A DNA stretch of 64,000 bases from Yuukianura sp. NJ FZ-2021. Its lineage: Eukaryota. The position numbers and the translations under genes are program-made. This document shows, one piece after another, positions 26,130-38,175 of this stretch. The notes under the pieces are model-generated. The model saw only the letters and a program-made list of their open reading frames with translations, ran no database searches and was not told the origin of the DNA. Position 1 is the first letter of the stretch; every line of letters starts with the position of its first letter. The stretch covers positions 1,798,001 through 1,862,000 of the forward strand of contig CM102284.1 in NCBI GenBank assembly GCA_046563655.1, read 5' to 3'.

Positions 26130-26741
26130 ATGTTAAGCGCACCAGCAATTGTACCTCTACTGACTTTGTTCGCGGGATATTTCAAATCCGAAGATGTTTC
26201 AAATCCTGCAATTGTTCCCGCTCAGAATAATCACCTGATCCGTCCAGGAACTAACGAGTATCCAATTCATGGCGGTGGAATTGCAACAGTAACTACTCAA
26301 CTAATTGATGGAGTTGAGTTGCCAGTGGCTGTTACTGCAACGATTACCGTCGGAATGATTCGGGAAGAATCGGAAAATTTCGACTCAGTAGAGGGCGTTG
26401 CTGATTGGCTGGCAACCAGGCAGGCGAGGCATGACGATAACCTTGGACTTATTCTTGGATCACGATTGGGTGGACCTCGTGACCAATGGAATCTGATTCC
26501 TGTAGCACGTGACTGTAATGAATATGCTTCAAGCCATAACTGCGCTGTATGGTTTGAACTGGAGCGGGAAATAGTGAAATACGTTCAACGTACAAGAGGA
26601 TACGTGCAGTGGAGGATGTGGCTCAAGTATGAGAATAAGACAGAACCTAGACGCCCATCATCATTTCAAATTGCGGCGCGATTTTTCAAATCTGGCAAGC
26701 TCATAACACAATTTGACACTGGAGCATTACTCAACACATAA
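26130..26741 (+). CDS. DNA/RNA non-specific endonuclease (His-Me finger, Endonuclea_NS_2-like), catalytic His apparently replaced
   Basis: Intronless. DDNLGLILGSRLGG...NLIP...N...W..LEREI...V.W...Y...RRPSSF follows the D-x-G-H-L-L-x-x-x-L-G-G...N...W...E...RP pattern, with Leu in place of His. Confidence 0.6.
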   Translation: MLSAPAIVPLLTLFAGYFKSEDVSNPAIVPAQNNHLIRPGTNEYPIHGGGIATVTTQLIDGVELPVAVTATITVGMIREESENFDSVEGVADWLATRQARHDDNLGLILGSRLGGPRDQWNLIPVARDCNEYASSHNCAVWFELEREIVKYVQRTRGYVQWRMWLKYENKTEPRRPSSFQIAARFFKSGKLITQFDTGALLNT

Positions 26742-28632
26742 TAAAACTGTCAATGTTCCTAGGACGCACTTCGGTTTCCGAGTTTGAGGAAAAAATGAAA
26801 TTCTGATAGTTTGAGATTTAAAAAAAAGTATTTTTATACAGGAAATGGAAATAAATTTTGAGTACCGGAAAGTTCAACACGAACAGTCAGTTTTTAACTT
26901 ATTCCTTAACTTTTGTTAAAATTCAACGTTGTTCGTTACTCCTTTTGAAATTATTTGTTACAAGAAATTGCGTGATTTGCAAAAAGTAAATTTCAAAAAT
27001 AGAAAAGAAAAAAGCTATTCTCAGAATTTTCATAACGTTTGTCCACTCTATCTATTCTCTTTCCAATACCGATAGTAGGAGCCCGTACAACCAACCGGTA
27101 AATATTAGGTACCAGTATCGTGAATATCGCTTAGTGAATAAATAGTTACCGATTTGCCCCGATTCCAGTTAAATTTTATGCAGTTCATAATTTGTACATA
27201 AAGTGTGCAGAACCTTATGTACTGTTTCTGCAGTTACAGAATGTGTGCATAAAGCATTCTCACTTTATGTATCGAATATTAACCTAATCTGCACAAATGG
27301 TACATAATAGTCAAATAATTTATAACTGAAATCAATGTACTTTAGACGAATATTCAATGATTTATTTTATTCATAATTAATTTCACTTCAATATTTACAT
27401 TTCCTTACTTATAATTATTTTACCTAACATAACTCAAAGTGATTCCAATTAGTTGAGTTCCGAGTGGAAACTTGACCTCAGTTACAGATCCTTGGGCGTC
27501 GGCTCTCGGCAACAAAGTAACTGAATATGAAAAAATAAGAAACATTTTAAACGGGCTTACTACACCCTTAAATGCGAATCACATCTTAAGAACCATCTAC
27601 TTAAACTCTACATTTTGTTTTGAATTGTCGGACACTTACAACTGCAATTCTGTTCCACTTCAGATAAGTTCGATCAGCCAAGATGAAATATCTATCCTGT
27701 TTTGGTGCATGACCGCGTTGAACAGAAGATAGACGCTAGAAGTTTTGACTTGCGCTAAAATAGAAACAAATAGAGATTTAATTGGAGCTATATAGTCAGC
27801 ATTGTCTGTTTACCAACTTCGTAAATCAGTAATGTAAAGTGACTTACCAAATGCTTCTATGACTTAGATCTGCAGGTAGTTAGACATTGGATGAGTCCTC
27901 CGTGGAGCCGAAGTATGTAGTAGAGTGAATAGGACTCCGAAGCTCACTTTCATCACTTGAGTATCGGTTTTTGTGATTAGGGATCACTAATTAATGGTAT
28001 TTTGACTTTGTTGAAAGTCATGTCACGAGCTACACTGACAATGAGAGAAACCGAACTCTAACGGAACAAAACATATGAGCGTCTCCATAAGATTCATATC
28101 CGGTGCATTTTTAGTAACTAAAAAAAGATACTTCCTGAGATGCTCATAAGTGATACCGTTTAGATACATTTGACTTAGGCAATAAAATGTACATTTCATT
28201 CTGTACATTTCTTGCAAATACTGTCATTAGAGTTATATGCATGAATACCCGAGGTGTATATTCTGTGCATAAACGCTAAATCAAAGTTGCAGTGTAAAAG
28301 TACAGGCGTCGAATATTTACGCAATTGACACCCATTGACGTACAGCGACGCTTTATGCACGAAATATTCACCAAATATTTTGCCATATTCACGAAATATT
28401 AACTGGTGGTTGTATGGGAGGATCCGCGCGCGCGCACTTTTGCAGAATGAGGTTTGTATATCCCATTTGAACAATTTTGTAACTTTAAAAAAAACAACTA
28501 TTTTTTTTTAATTTTAACATTTTATTGATTTGGAATTCCAAAACAGAAATAAGCAAGTTGCATTGTATTTTGATTTTTTCAAACAGCCACCAGCAATTTG
28601 TCTTGGCCATTGGATTAGCCGTTCCAGTGACA

Positions 28633-28638
28633 ATGCTG

Positions 28639-28685
<47 letters not shown>

Positions 28686-29016
28686 AACTTTTGGATGTAA
28701 AGACTTGGAATTTGATAATTCGACTCACTGCATTCCCGGAGCAAAGTCAGATTCCAAATTTTCCTGTTGTCGCTACGAACATACATACATGCCAGAGAAC
28801 AAAACTGTGTACTTTCAACCAGCTTGCGTGGACTTTGGACTGTGGGGTTACCAATGTACGTTACATGATGGAACGTCTTGTAGATTGGAAGGACAGTCTT
28901 GTGGCGACCATAAAGCTAAAAATCACACACAGTGTTGTCCACCTACGGCCCAAGGTAACTTGTTCTGCGATGTAAAAGCGCGGAAACAGACTTGCAAGCT
29001 GGAATCATCAACGTAA
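28633..29016 (+). CDS. Cys-rich peptide with two tandem knottin-like (C-C-CC-C-C) domains; true start may lie in an upstream exon
   Basis: Twelve Cys in two C..C..CC..C..C sets after a hydrophobic (LT)n segment. Confidence 0.55.
28637..28683. repeat. (TGACCT)n hexamer microsatellite, about 8 units
   Basis: Read directly; encodes the (Leu-Thr)8 run. Confidence 0.95.
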
Positions 29017-29665
29017 CGGCAAAGTCTTAAAAAAGTCACGTAGTTCACTCGAAATTTGGCTGTAGTAAGTTTCGAAGTTCGTTAAAAAAACGACCAAACC
29101 TAAAATTTCTTTCAACCGAAAATAAAACCACATTGGATACACATTAATCGAAGTGTTTGCATGATTTAATTTACAATAACCGTTAAACATTAAAAAGTAG
29201 CGTAGCAAAACAAAAAATAAATTCTAAACTAATCTACTTCCTGAATCGCTACTGCTGCGTTTCATCCTGGCCTTTGTGTTTGTGCTTAATTTTATTTATT
29301 ATTTAGTAATGGCTTACTTTAGTAAGTAACTTTGGTTAGTTACATTTCAGTTAGGTGTTTAAAAACGTATCTTTAAACTAATTAAACGTAAAGTAATCAT
29401 GTACACACTTTGCATACACCGATAGCAGTTAAAACCGTATTTTAACATACGAATACAAAGGACGCCAATGTCGTTAGTTCAACCCGGGAATACAAAGGCG
29501 GATGTTGCTGCTTACTTCAACCTTTGTTTACATTGAAATTCTTTTCTTTGCTTAGAAAAGCCTGTCAGCAGACCCTCCCTCATTCATATTCATCAAGATT
29601 CAAGACGTTAATTAATTGGTTGTTGTCATAATTAATTAGTCGGGTTGCGTTTCTGACCTTCTGAC

Positions 29666-30362
29666 ATGGAGTCCGGCGATGAAGACGAAATTTCGATGGC
29701 TGGAAGAGACTGGAATCGAATGGAGGAAAAATTACAAAAGGTAAAGTAGTAAAAACGTTATTGTTAGGTCTATATCGTTTGGGTGTTCGTGTTCTCTGAA
29801 ATCTATATGCTGAGTCATAATTCATGGCTAACTCACGAACTTATCATGTGGCATCGATCATTTTTCATTATCTGAAATACTTCAGCAGTTAATTGCTAAA
29901 CTTTTTTACAGGAGGGGTTTCGCGAAGGAATTGAGAAAGGAAAAGAAGCAAACTTGCAAAAATATTTCGACATGACAGTTGAGTTAACACGAAGACATTC
30001 CGAGCGAATTGGCACGTTAATTGGACTCATTTGGTAAGTTTAAATACATGAATTACTATGTAATACTTGACTATCAGCTGATCACTGACCAATGCCATTT
30101 TTCATCCAATTTTTATTTATTGTTTAGCTATGAAATTGATCACGCTAAGGATGGTGGTAAAGCAGATGAGCTGAAACAGCTTTTGAAGGACGTCGAAGGT
30201 CATGCTGTCTCCATTCGTACAGAAAAAACTGCCGATTTTATCACCAATGACAGTTTGACCTTTGAAGACCGACTGGTCGCTCTAGAAGAAACCTGGAAAT
30301 CCCCGTTGACTCACCTCGAAAACCAGTTTCATTTCCTGATGCGGAACGAAGTAGTCCAATAA
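29666..30362 (+). CDS. YAE1: YAE1 homolog (Yae1_N domain), 3 exons
   Basis: MESGDEDEISMAGRDWNRMEEKLQK|EGFREGIEKGKEANLQKYFD matches the Yae1 G-[FY]-R-E-G-x3-G-K-E-x2-L-Q motif. Confidence 0.75.
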
Positions 30363-30987
30363 ATTATGTAATGAGCTGCGCTGAGAAGGTGTTTTCATTG
30401 TTCCAACAATGCGTCAGTACCTTTTTCCACCTATAACATTGTTTTTTTCGCACTTCATTTTTATTTTTTCTTACTATATTTTTAGGGTTAAGACGTCAAG
30501 ATTCATTGAGTATTCGCAACACTTTACTCGAATTATCCCACGATTCAAGTTTAAAAAAAATTGGAATAACCCAAAACCACAAACTTGTTGATCATGTAAA
30601 TACCAAAAAAGTCTCAACAGAATTAAACAAGAATGGATCTCACTGATTTTCCTTAACTTCTCGTTCAGAATTCCCAGTCTCCAGGAAGTGGGGACTTCAA
30701 AAAACAAGATTTTCATGGCAGTTAAACTTAGTCTTCTCTTGGCATCCGAGTTCTAAAGGTAAGGCTTGTTTGTGATCAAGTTAAAAAAAAACTCACAAAA
30801 AAATTTCATTTTTCCAATACAAAAGAAATCAGATAAAATCTAACCAAGAAAATTTTATTTCAGGACCCTCTAGGTGGCCCCAGGAAGTGACAACGTGAGG
30901 TCAACTCTAACTTTACTGTGTCAACTGTCGAAAGATCAACAAGGATTTCATTCAAACCAGCAGTTTCAAAATCAGAACCAAGTCAAA

Positions 30988-32234
30988 ATGGGATCAGGAG
31001 TGATAGATGTTCCGAAACTATTTTCGAAAGAAGAGAATCAAGATTTCCACGACGTTTTTACCAAGTTGGTTGAAGATTTGACACATCTTCCGGAGCTGAG
31101 GGACATGCCGGAAACGAATTCCTGGTTGTCACGGGTCCTCTATTACAATGTTCCCCATGGAAAGATGAACCGTGGACTCTCTTCTGTAGTGGCTTACCGT
31201 TTCTTGGCGCGAGATCATGACCTAACAGAAACCAATATCCACCTTAGCTACATCCTTGGCTGGACGGTGGAGATGCTGCAAGCATATTTTCTGATGGCTG
31301 ATGATATTATGGACAACTCTGAGACTCGTCGTGGCAGACTTTGTTGGTACAAAGTCACGGACGTAGGAACAGGAGCACTCAATGATGCTATTATGGTGGA
31401 AGGAGCCATTTACCCTGTTTTGAAAAAATACTTTGGGCACAAGGACTACTACGTGGATCTTCTGGATATTATGCATGACGCTACCTACAAAACGCTGTAC
31501 GGCCAAAGCCTAGATACAAGAACCGGATTGGACAGAAACATGGAAACGTAAGTTTTAGTTTTTGTAAAAATTCAAAATAGTTTTAAAAGTTCAACATTTA
31601 AATTTTAAAATTTAATTGAAAAAATTTATCTCTAATTTCATGAAGGTATACCATGGAGAAGTACTCTGCTATTGTAAAATACAAGACCAGCTACTACTCG
31701 TTTTACCTTCCAGTGGCATTGGCAATGGCTATGGTAACTACATTGTATAAATTCACACGTGACTTTTAGCAAAAATTCCAAGGTTATCTAGTTTCTGAAA
31801 TAATTGTTTGTTTTTTCAAGGCTGGACTCAAAGATGAAGAGTTGATAAGGCAAGTGAAAACTGTGACTCTGGAAATGGGCCACTTTTTCCAAGTACAGGA
31901 TGACTTTTTGGATTGCTTCGGAGATGTTAGCGTAACTGGCAAAATTGGGACGGATATTCAAGACTGCAAATGTTCTTGGCTGTTTGTGACGGCAATGGAA
32001 CGAGCCAGTTCAGAACAGAAGCGAATTCTACTGGATAACTACGGACAGGATGATGAGATCAAGGTCAACAAGGTCAAGGATTTGTATGCAGAGCTAAATA
32101 TTCCTAAACTGTATGAAGCCTATGAGGCACAAACTTTCAACACAATTTCAGCTCATATTCAACAAATGTCACCAAAACTTCCGAAAATTCTGTTCAATGG
32201 AATGTTGGACAAAATTTACCAAAGATCAAGCTAA
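30988..32234 (+). CDS. FPPS: Farnesyl diphosphate synthase (at least 3 coding exons; N-terminal extension from 30874 possible)
   Basis: GKMNRG; first Asp-rich motif [10 protein letters not shown] with aromatics at -5/-4; [21 protein letters not shown]; second motif [25 protein letters not shown]. Confidence 0.93.
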
Positions 32235-32414
32235 CTGCACGTATGATATGTTTCTGTGTGGAGATATCAACTAAAACTTTTAGTCATATCACGTAGCCCA
32301 ATTACTAATTAAGATTGTTTTAGTTTCATTAGTTGTCTGCTGTAGAAAATTAAAATAACAGCCAATTATGCCGTTATTACTACCGCCACGCACTGTTTTC
32401 TTGAACATTTTCGA

Positions 32415-32800
32415 TTTTTAAATAGCGAAAGCTAGTTTATGGTTTCAGCTGGTTTGTCCGTCTGGCCGGACGGCCGTCCGTCGGCGTCGATTATCTCAGA
32501 GATGGCTGAAAATTTCTGGAATCTGTTTTTACTAGTGACCAACGGGTGACCCAGAGGTGTTCACTATTGAATATCCTTCCGGGTCAAAGGTCAAGGTCAA
32601 CATGTTTATCCCCGTTAACACGGGAAGTGACTTCTACAAAAGCTTTTCAGCTCATCTAGACCAACAACTTTTGTGTATATCATGCGACCCCGACTCAAGG
32701 TGGGCCTATATGAGCAACCATTCGCGATTGCACCGATATCTTTCGCTACTTTTGTACACTTTGGGTTACAACCGGATTTGTCGATTCACTTCTCATTTTT
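32415..32800. mobile_element. Possible DINE-1/Helentron-like non-autonomous repeat
   Basis: GC-rich GTCY-type run (gtccgtctggccggacggccgtccgtc) followed by ggtcaaaggtcaaggtca in intergenic DNA. Boundaries are approximate. Confidence 0.3.
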
Positions 32801-33980
32801 TGTCGAATATGCATTTCAGAATGTAAAGCATGTTAAATATTGTTCAAGTTATGCGAAACCAGTTCTTCAAATACCCCGCATAATTTTAGTTGGAAAACTA
32901 AACCGTACAACCAAGGGCAACCTGATAATTAAGGCATGGTTTTTTTAACTCCACTAAAGGCTTAGCCCATTTTTGTAAAGACCTCAATTTTTTTTATTAT
33001 CTTGCTCTCGCATATCAGTGCGAAATTTTTTATTACACATTCGTCATACACAGATTTGCAGTATTACATCTGAACTTTGTTGAAGTTCGTGATAAATGTT
33101 TAATGTCTTCCATCCACTAAAAGTCTTATCCAGTGTGGGCGAATTTCTTCCAATGGGATACGTGTTAGGGTCAATTCGCCGTTACTTTTTTAAGCATCCA
33201 GCGATAAAAGCGAGTGTCTGTTCATGTCAACTCAAGGCCAAACTCTTGTTAACTACAACACATTACTTCTCGTTTTTCTTTAGCTTCAAATCTATTTATA
33301 CCTATGACTAATCCATGCTGAAATTTCTGAGAAGCAGACTGCATTTCAGCGCTATCATATTAAAAAAAAAAGAATTTTTTTTTGTCAAAGGAGTGGCACT
33401 TCCATCTAAAAACTGCTAACTTCAATTCATTTCGTTTTAAACGGAGGAAAATACTGTTTACATCAAAAGGTACACCACGAAACTTTTCAAATTCCCTTAC
33501 CAATACCAAAGCAGCGCTAGAAACACTGCTCCGTTTAGAATTACTAATACTTTCTTTATTTTTTTTTACAGGAAATTTACATTTACATTCTAAGAACTGC
33601 AGCTTGAAAGATAAAAGTCAATTGGAGAAAGTTGAAGTTGAGTAATTTGTGAAGGTAATTGTTATGCTAATTAATTCCTTCTTGGAAAGAAAATATTTAA
33701 ATCAAACACAACGCACTACGTTGCAATTAATTTAAACTCCATAATCGGGTTGAAGCAAACTTTGCTTCGCCACCTGTCCCAACCAGTTCAAATTTTGGCG
33801 CTACTTCTACCTGGAGGAGCAAAGGTTTTGCGGTATTGTACTACCCACAGAAAGAAAAACCTTGTGCTCTGCAGATTTTCTTTCACTTCACTGCAAATAA
33901 ATATAAATCCATATTTATGTCATTCTGTCAAGAAATTTTATCTTAAGAAAAATAATTTCAGGTGAATCATTCCCAGAAAC

Positions 33981-36900
33981 ATGGACAGAATTACGCGTCC
34001 TGCTCTTGGAAGTTTTGCAAAATTGGGAGATTTGTACGACGTTCGTTGCGACAATTTCACGGGCGGGACAATTTTTCGACGGGAATTGACTGACGAAGTG
34101 ACCATCCGAGATAACCCAAGTAGTGACACAAAGTTCATCACATCTGACAAGATTTCTGCCAAGTTTGAGCACTTGGACGTCAGCGCTGAATTGAAGTTGA
34201 GTGTTCTCGGAGGCCTAATACCACTAGAAGGATCTGGAAAGTACTTGCAAGAGGAAAAGTTACATGCACGAGATGTCAGTTGCTCATTGATTCAAAAAAT
34301 TACAATGGTGTACGAAGAGCTTAAAGTTTATGACGACACACTCAAAGACATTATTTCACATACGGCACTCAAGAACTGTCGGGCTACACATTTCGTAGGT
34401 GGGATTTACTGGGGAGCAAATCTCGTAGCAACTGCAACTTATCGAAACGAAAAGAATGAAGACAAAAGAGAAATTGAGGGAAATCTAAAAGCGCAGTTCA
34501 ACAAAATCCCGAAAGTTGCTATTGGCGGTTCCTCAGAAGTGGACTCGAAGGTTTCAGGATCCAAAAATACTGAAAAATTTTCACTTCATGTTCTCGGAGA
34601 CGTTTTGCCTCAAGGAATTTTGCCTAAAACAATTGAAGAAGCACAGAATTTGATTTCTGCTCTGCCAGAACTTATACAGAAAACTAACAACGGGAAAGGG
34701 AGACCGATGATATATGTACTGTATCCATTGACATTTCTCAAGGACCAACTTAATTTGGAAGTTCAAATTGATAACACAATTGTTAAACTTGGCGAGGAGA
34801 CGGTCCTGCGCGTTGTTCAACTTTTCGATGACATCCAAAATGTTAAGCAAATACTCAACGACATTCACGACGACATCGTCCATCACTCGTTCTGCCTCCA
34901 TCCAGAAACTGTCCAGGCAATCAAAGATTTGAAAATGAACTCAAGTGTTTCTGAGGCCAAGATTCGCGCCGATTTTACTACTCTCTTGAATCAAGTCAAG
35001 CGTAATGAAGATGGAAAAACGTTTGCAGATATTGACCGTCTTATTGAAGAATTTAAAAAAGCAGACTATTCTCCAACAAAAGTTGTGAGTCTCGCTGACT
35101 CTCACTACGCAACAGCTAAAGAAAAAATTGAAACCCACCAAGCCTTAACTCGTCACGAGGTCAGTTTTCTCTCAAAGCATGAAAATAGCCTAGACGTGTC
35201 CCTACTCAACAACGACGACAGAGACATCTATTTCTTGTTTTCGGATTCCAAGGTCAAGGAAGAATCCAAAGATCGCTGGTTGGCAATGATTCATCTCTTT
35301 TTGTCCATCATCAAAAGTGGTGAATCAGCCTCAACTCCACCAAAATTTATTTATGTTGACACTGACATTTGTCCACGTCTGGCTATTCCTGGAGGCATCG
35401 GAATTCAACATTTTAGAAACGGAAAGTGCGTGTCGCCCGACGTTTACGCAGATACACAAAGACTGGCCAACGTTTGTGTTGCCTTTTCGCCAGAAACGAC
35501 CTACTGTTCTGAACTTCCTGAGCAGACAACGGAAGTGGAAATTCGGTGCCCAGGTTCCTTAGGTGGAGGTCAATGTGGTCACAAACTGCAAGAGTTCAAA
35601 TGTTCAAAATGCAAAAAAAATTTGAAATTCGGTTTCGATGATAAGTTCTATTGCAATTGCGGGTCAGCTCAAGCGCAGACGTATGAGTTCAAGTGCAATG
35701 ATGGTAAACATGGACTTTGCTTCTTGAAGTTTGAAAACGAGGATGTTTTGGAAAAACTACTTGAAAAATTGGTTGTTTTTGAAGAAAAGAATATCTTAAT
35801 TCTGGGTGAAACTGGAGCGGGAAAATCAACATGGATTAATGGCATTGCCAGTTACTTGCAATTTTCGACATTCGATGAAGCTATGAAGAACGAGTTCCAT
35901 TGTCCAATTCCATTCTCATACACAGTTAAAAATGAAGACGGCAAAGACGTAACTTACAAAACTGGAAAAGACAAAAATGAAGGCATAAGAATTGCAGAAG
36001 CTGGTAAATCTGTCACCCAGTATCCCAAATCACATGTTTTCAAAAGACGAGACAAACTGTTTCGATTAATCGACACTCCTGGACTCGGAACTTTCCTAGA
36101 CAAAAATGAAAATTATCGGCGGATAATGGAGTACATTTCAGACCTAAGCGAACTCCACGCGATTATTATTGTCATCCACCCGCAAAGTTTGAATTTTACT
36201 TCTTATGTTAATTGGTTGCTTGCTCGCCTTCACGTCAAAAGCAAACCAAACATTTGCTTTTGTTTCACCCATGGGAGAAAACATGGCTATTTACCTGGTG
36301 ACGCTTATGGCTCCCTAGTGAAAAATCTAAAAGACGCCAATTTTGAACCAGTCCACTTCATACATTGTGCAGTGGATAACGAATCTGTACGGTTTCTTAC
36401 CCAACACAAGTTAAATAGTGATCATCCGACTTTAGATGAAGAGTACTTAAATTGCAACGATAGTTGGACTAAGTCTGCCAAGGAAACAAATAAGTTTTTT
36501 GACCGCATCTTGGACCTTAGTCCCTGCAGCACTGAAGATATCCTTGGTATCCATTTGTCTCTGCGTGAACTGAACGTTACTACAAAAATGATTTTGGAAA
36601 CAACCAAAAAAACTAATGAACTGGCTGCCATAAGAAAACAATTGGACATCAAATTGGGTGAGAAGAATGTCACTTGCAAAGAGTTGAGCTGCAAGTTATA
36701 CATTCCCACAATAGAATTAGAGCACAAACGTCTGGATTCTGTACGAATCGTCTGCACTGCTCCAAAATGTGTTAAATACGTAAGGTTCAATGGAGTAGAA
36801 CATGTGAATTATGTTCAAGTCTGTGACAACGACTGCCAAGACGATATTCTACGTATCGGAACAGTGCCCAACCCTGAAATTAAAAATTCGGTTGTGATGG

Positions 36901-37349
36901 ATACAGATTCCAACTGCACAAAATGTGGTTGTTCGTATGCTCTTCACATGGGTCTCAACTACTCCACAACAGAAGTTCTTAGGCAAGTAGAAGACGCCAA
37001 CATTCAACTGAAGTTGAGTCAAGTTCAGAAGGAAGCGGAAGCATTAGACAAGGAATTAGTCAAAGTCGTTATAAGGGCGATTGATCTTGCGAAATTGAGC
37101 AATGAATATGCAAAGAAGATTCAAATGATGCTTAAATCTGTGAATACAGACGCCATTGCACCATATGATGACTATATTGATGAGTACTTGGACACATTAA
37201 TTGCCAGGGAAGAAGAAAATAGAGCCCTCGGAGGAAGTATGGACGTTCTGAACGAACTTCGCGAACTGAAAATGCTTAATTTAAATGAAAACGTGCTAAC
37301 AAAACTCTGCAAAATCGAAACAATAGATTTAATTTCCGATAGTGAATGA
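33981..37349 (+). CDS. Stonustoxin/verrucotoxin-like (MACPF/CDC-type) N-terminal domain + Cys-rich linker + P-loop GTPase + Cys-rich/coiled-coil tail, 1122 aa
   Basis: Uninterrupted ORF. RPALGSFAKLGDLYDVRCDNF, ELKLSVLGGLIPLEGSGKYL and ATHFVGGIYWGAN are stonustoxin-like. ILILGETGAGKSTWIN is G1 and LIDTPG is G3; several CxxC clusters. Confidence 0.75.
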   Translation: MDRITRPALGSFAKLGDLYDVRCDNFTGGTIFRRELTDEVTIRDNPSSDTKFITSDKISAKFEHLDVSAELKLSVLGGLIPLEGSGKYLQEEKLHARDVSCSLIQKITMVYEELKVYDDTLKDIISHTALKNCRATHFVGGIYWGANLVATATYRNEKNEDKREIEGNLKAQFNKIPKVAIGGSSEVDSKVSGSKNTEKFSLHVLGDVLPQGILPKTIEEAQNLISALPELIQKTNNGKGRPMIYVLYPLTFLKDQLNLEVQIDNTIVKLGEETVLRVVQLFDDIQNVKQILNDIHDDIVHHSFCLHPETVQAIKDLKMNSSVSEAKIRADFTTLLNQVKRNEDGKTFADIDRLIEEFKKADYSPTKVVSLADSHYATAKEKIETHQALTRHEVSFLSKHENSLDVSLLNNDDRDIYFLFSDSKVKEESKDRWLAMIHLFLSIIKSGESASTPPKFIYVDTDICPRLAIPGGIGIQHFRNGKCVSPDVYADTQRLANVCVAFSPETTYCSELPEQTTEVEIRCPGSLGGGQCGHKLQEFKCSKCKKNLKFGFDDKFYCNCGSAQAQTYEFKCNDGKHGLCFLKFENEDVLEKLLEKLVVFEEKNILILGETGAGKSTWINGIASYLQFSTFDEAMKNEFHCPIPFSYTVKNEDGKDVTYKTGKDKNEGIRIAEAGKSVTQYPKSHVFKRRDKLFRLIDTPGLGTFLDKNENYRRIMEYISDLSELHAIIIVIHPQSLNFTSYVNWLLARLHVKSKPNICFCFTHGRKHGYLPGDAYGSLVKNLKDANFEPVHFIHCAVDNESVRFLTQHKLNSDHPTLDEEYLNCNDSWTKSAKETNKFFDRILDLSPCSTEDILGIHLSLRELNVTTKMILETTKKTNELAAIRKQLDIKLGEKNVTCKELSCKLYIPTIELEHKRLDSVRIVCTAPKCVKYVRFNGVEHVNYVQVCDNDCQDDILRIGTVPNPEIKNSVVMDTDSNCTKCGCSYALHMGLNYSTTEVLRQVEDANIQLKLSQVQKEAEALDKELVKVVIRAIDLAKLSNEYAKKIQMMLKSVNTDAIAPYDDYIDEYLDTLIAREEENRALGGSMDVLNELRELKMLNLNENVLTKLCKIETIDLISDSE

Positions 37350-38097
37350 AACGAGTGGATTTTATAATAATTTAGGCAGTAATAATCTAAGCATTCAAAA
37401 AATAAGGAAAGCAAAATCTTAGCATGCTGAATTACGTTTAGATTTTGGCGTGATTAGATTTTTGCATCCTTTAGATTTTTGCATCCTTTAGATTAAAACT
37501 TGCTTCGAGTGAATCAGCGTGGCTTATAAAACAATGGCGGCAATAACTTCTTCCAAGATTCTACAGTTCTTGCGCGAATTTTAATGAAAACGATTATTCT
37601 GATTTTTAGAGTCTAATGTCTTACTTATTATTTGCTTTTTCCAATTTAAATACAACAATGTAGAAAATTGGTTAACAAACTGCTCTCTGAAGAGTATATA
37701 AATTTTGTAAAGAAAATTTGAAATTTTGATATAAAAAGAAAGATTTACATGAGATTTACCAAAACTTTAATTTTAACTCAGTTTATATTCGATGGAGCCG
37801 GATGTGAGATCCAGGGTTCGACCTGGCTTTGAACGAAAGTGAAGAAAAATCAATAAATCGAGTGGTATGGCAAACGACTAAAGCCAAATTTTATAGTATA
37901 ATTAGAATTAATGGAAAAGGATTCAACCCACATTTTAGAGTACAATTTGAATTAATGCGAAACGAGTTTTTTGAGAGCCTAGGACAACGCTATTCTCCAG
38001 ACAAACCGTAAACTATCCTGGGAAAGTCGACTAGTGGTTTTCAGAGAGTTTAAATTAATTGCGATCTACCGGCTACAAACCGTTATACGTAAGTAAC

Positions 38098-38175
38098 ACA
38101 AGATGGTGTTGAATAAGCTAATTACTGTGACAGCTTACGAAAGATGGCGTTGAATAAGGTAATTACTGTGACAGG
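38098..38175. repeat. Two-copy ~42-bp direct repeat
   Basis: aagatggtgttgaataagctaattactgtgacag and aagatggcgttgaataaggtaattactgtgacag. Confidence 0.75.

Noticed and set aside
27550-27955. Possible spliced minus-strand gene (ATG at about 27953, donor at about 27847, acceptor at about 27756)
   Set aside because: Stops occur in the frames I tried and there is no recognisable motif; it may be non-coding or a relic.
28514-28786. Minus-strand ORF with an RS repeat resembling an SR protein
   Set aside because: It is the antisense reading of the TGACCT microsatellite; no RRM is present.
30874-32234. FPPS as an IDS-derived terpene synthase
   Set aside because: Both Asp-rich motifs, the aromatic chain-length residues and the GKxxR, RRG and GKIGTDI motifs are canonical, so an ordinary FPPS is the simpler call.
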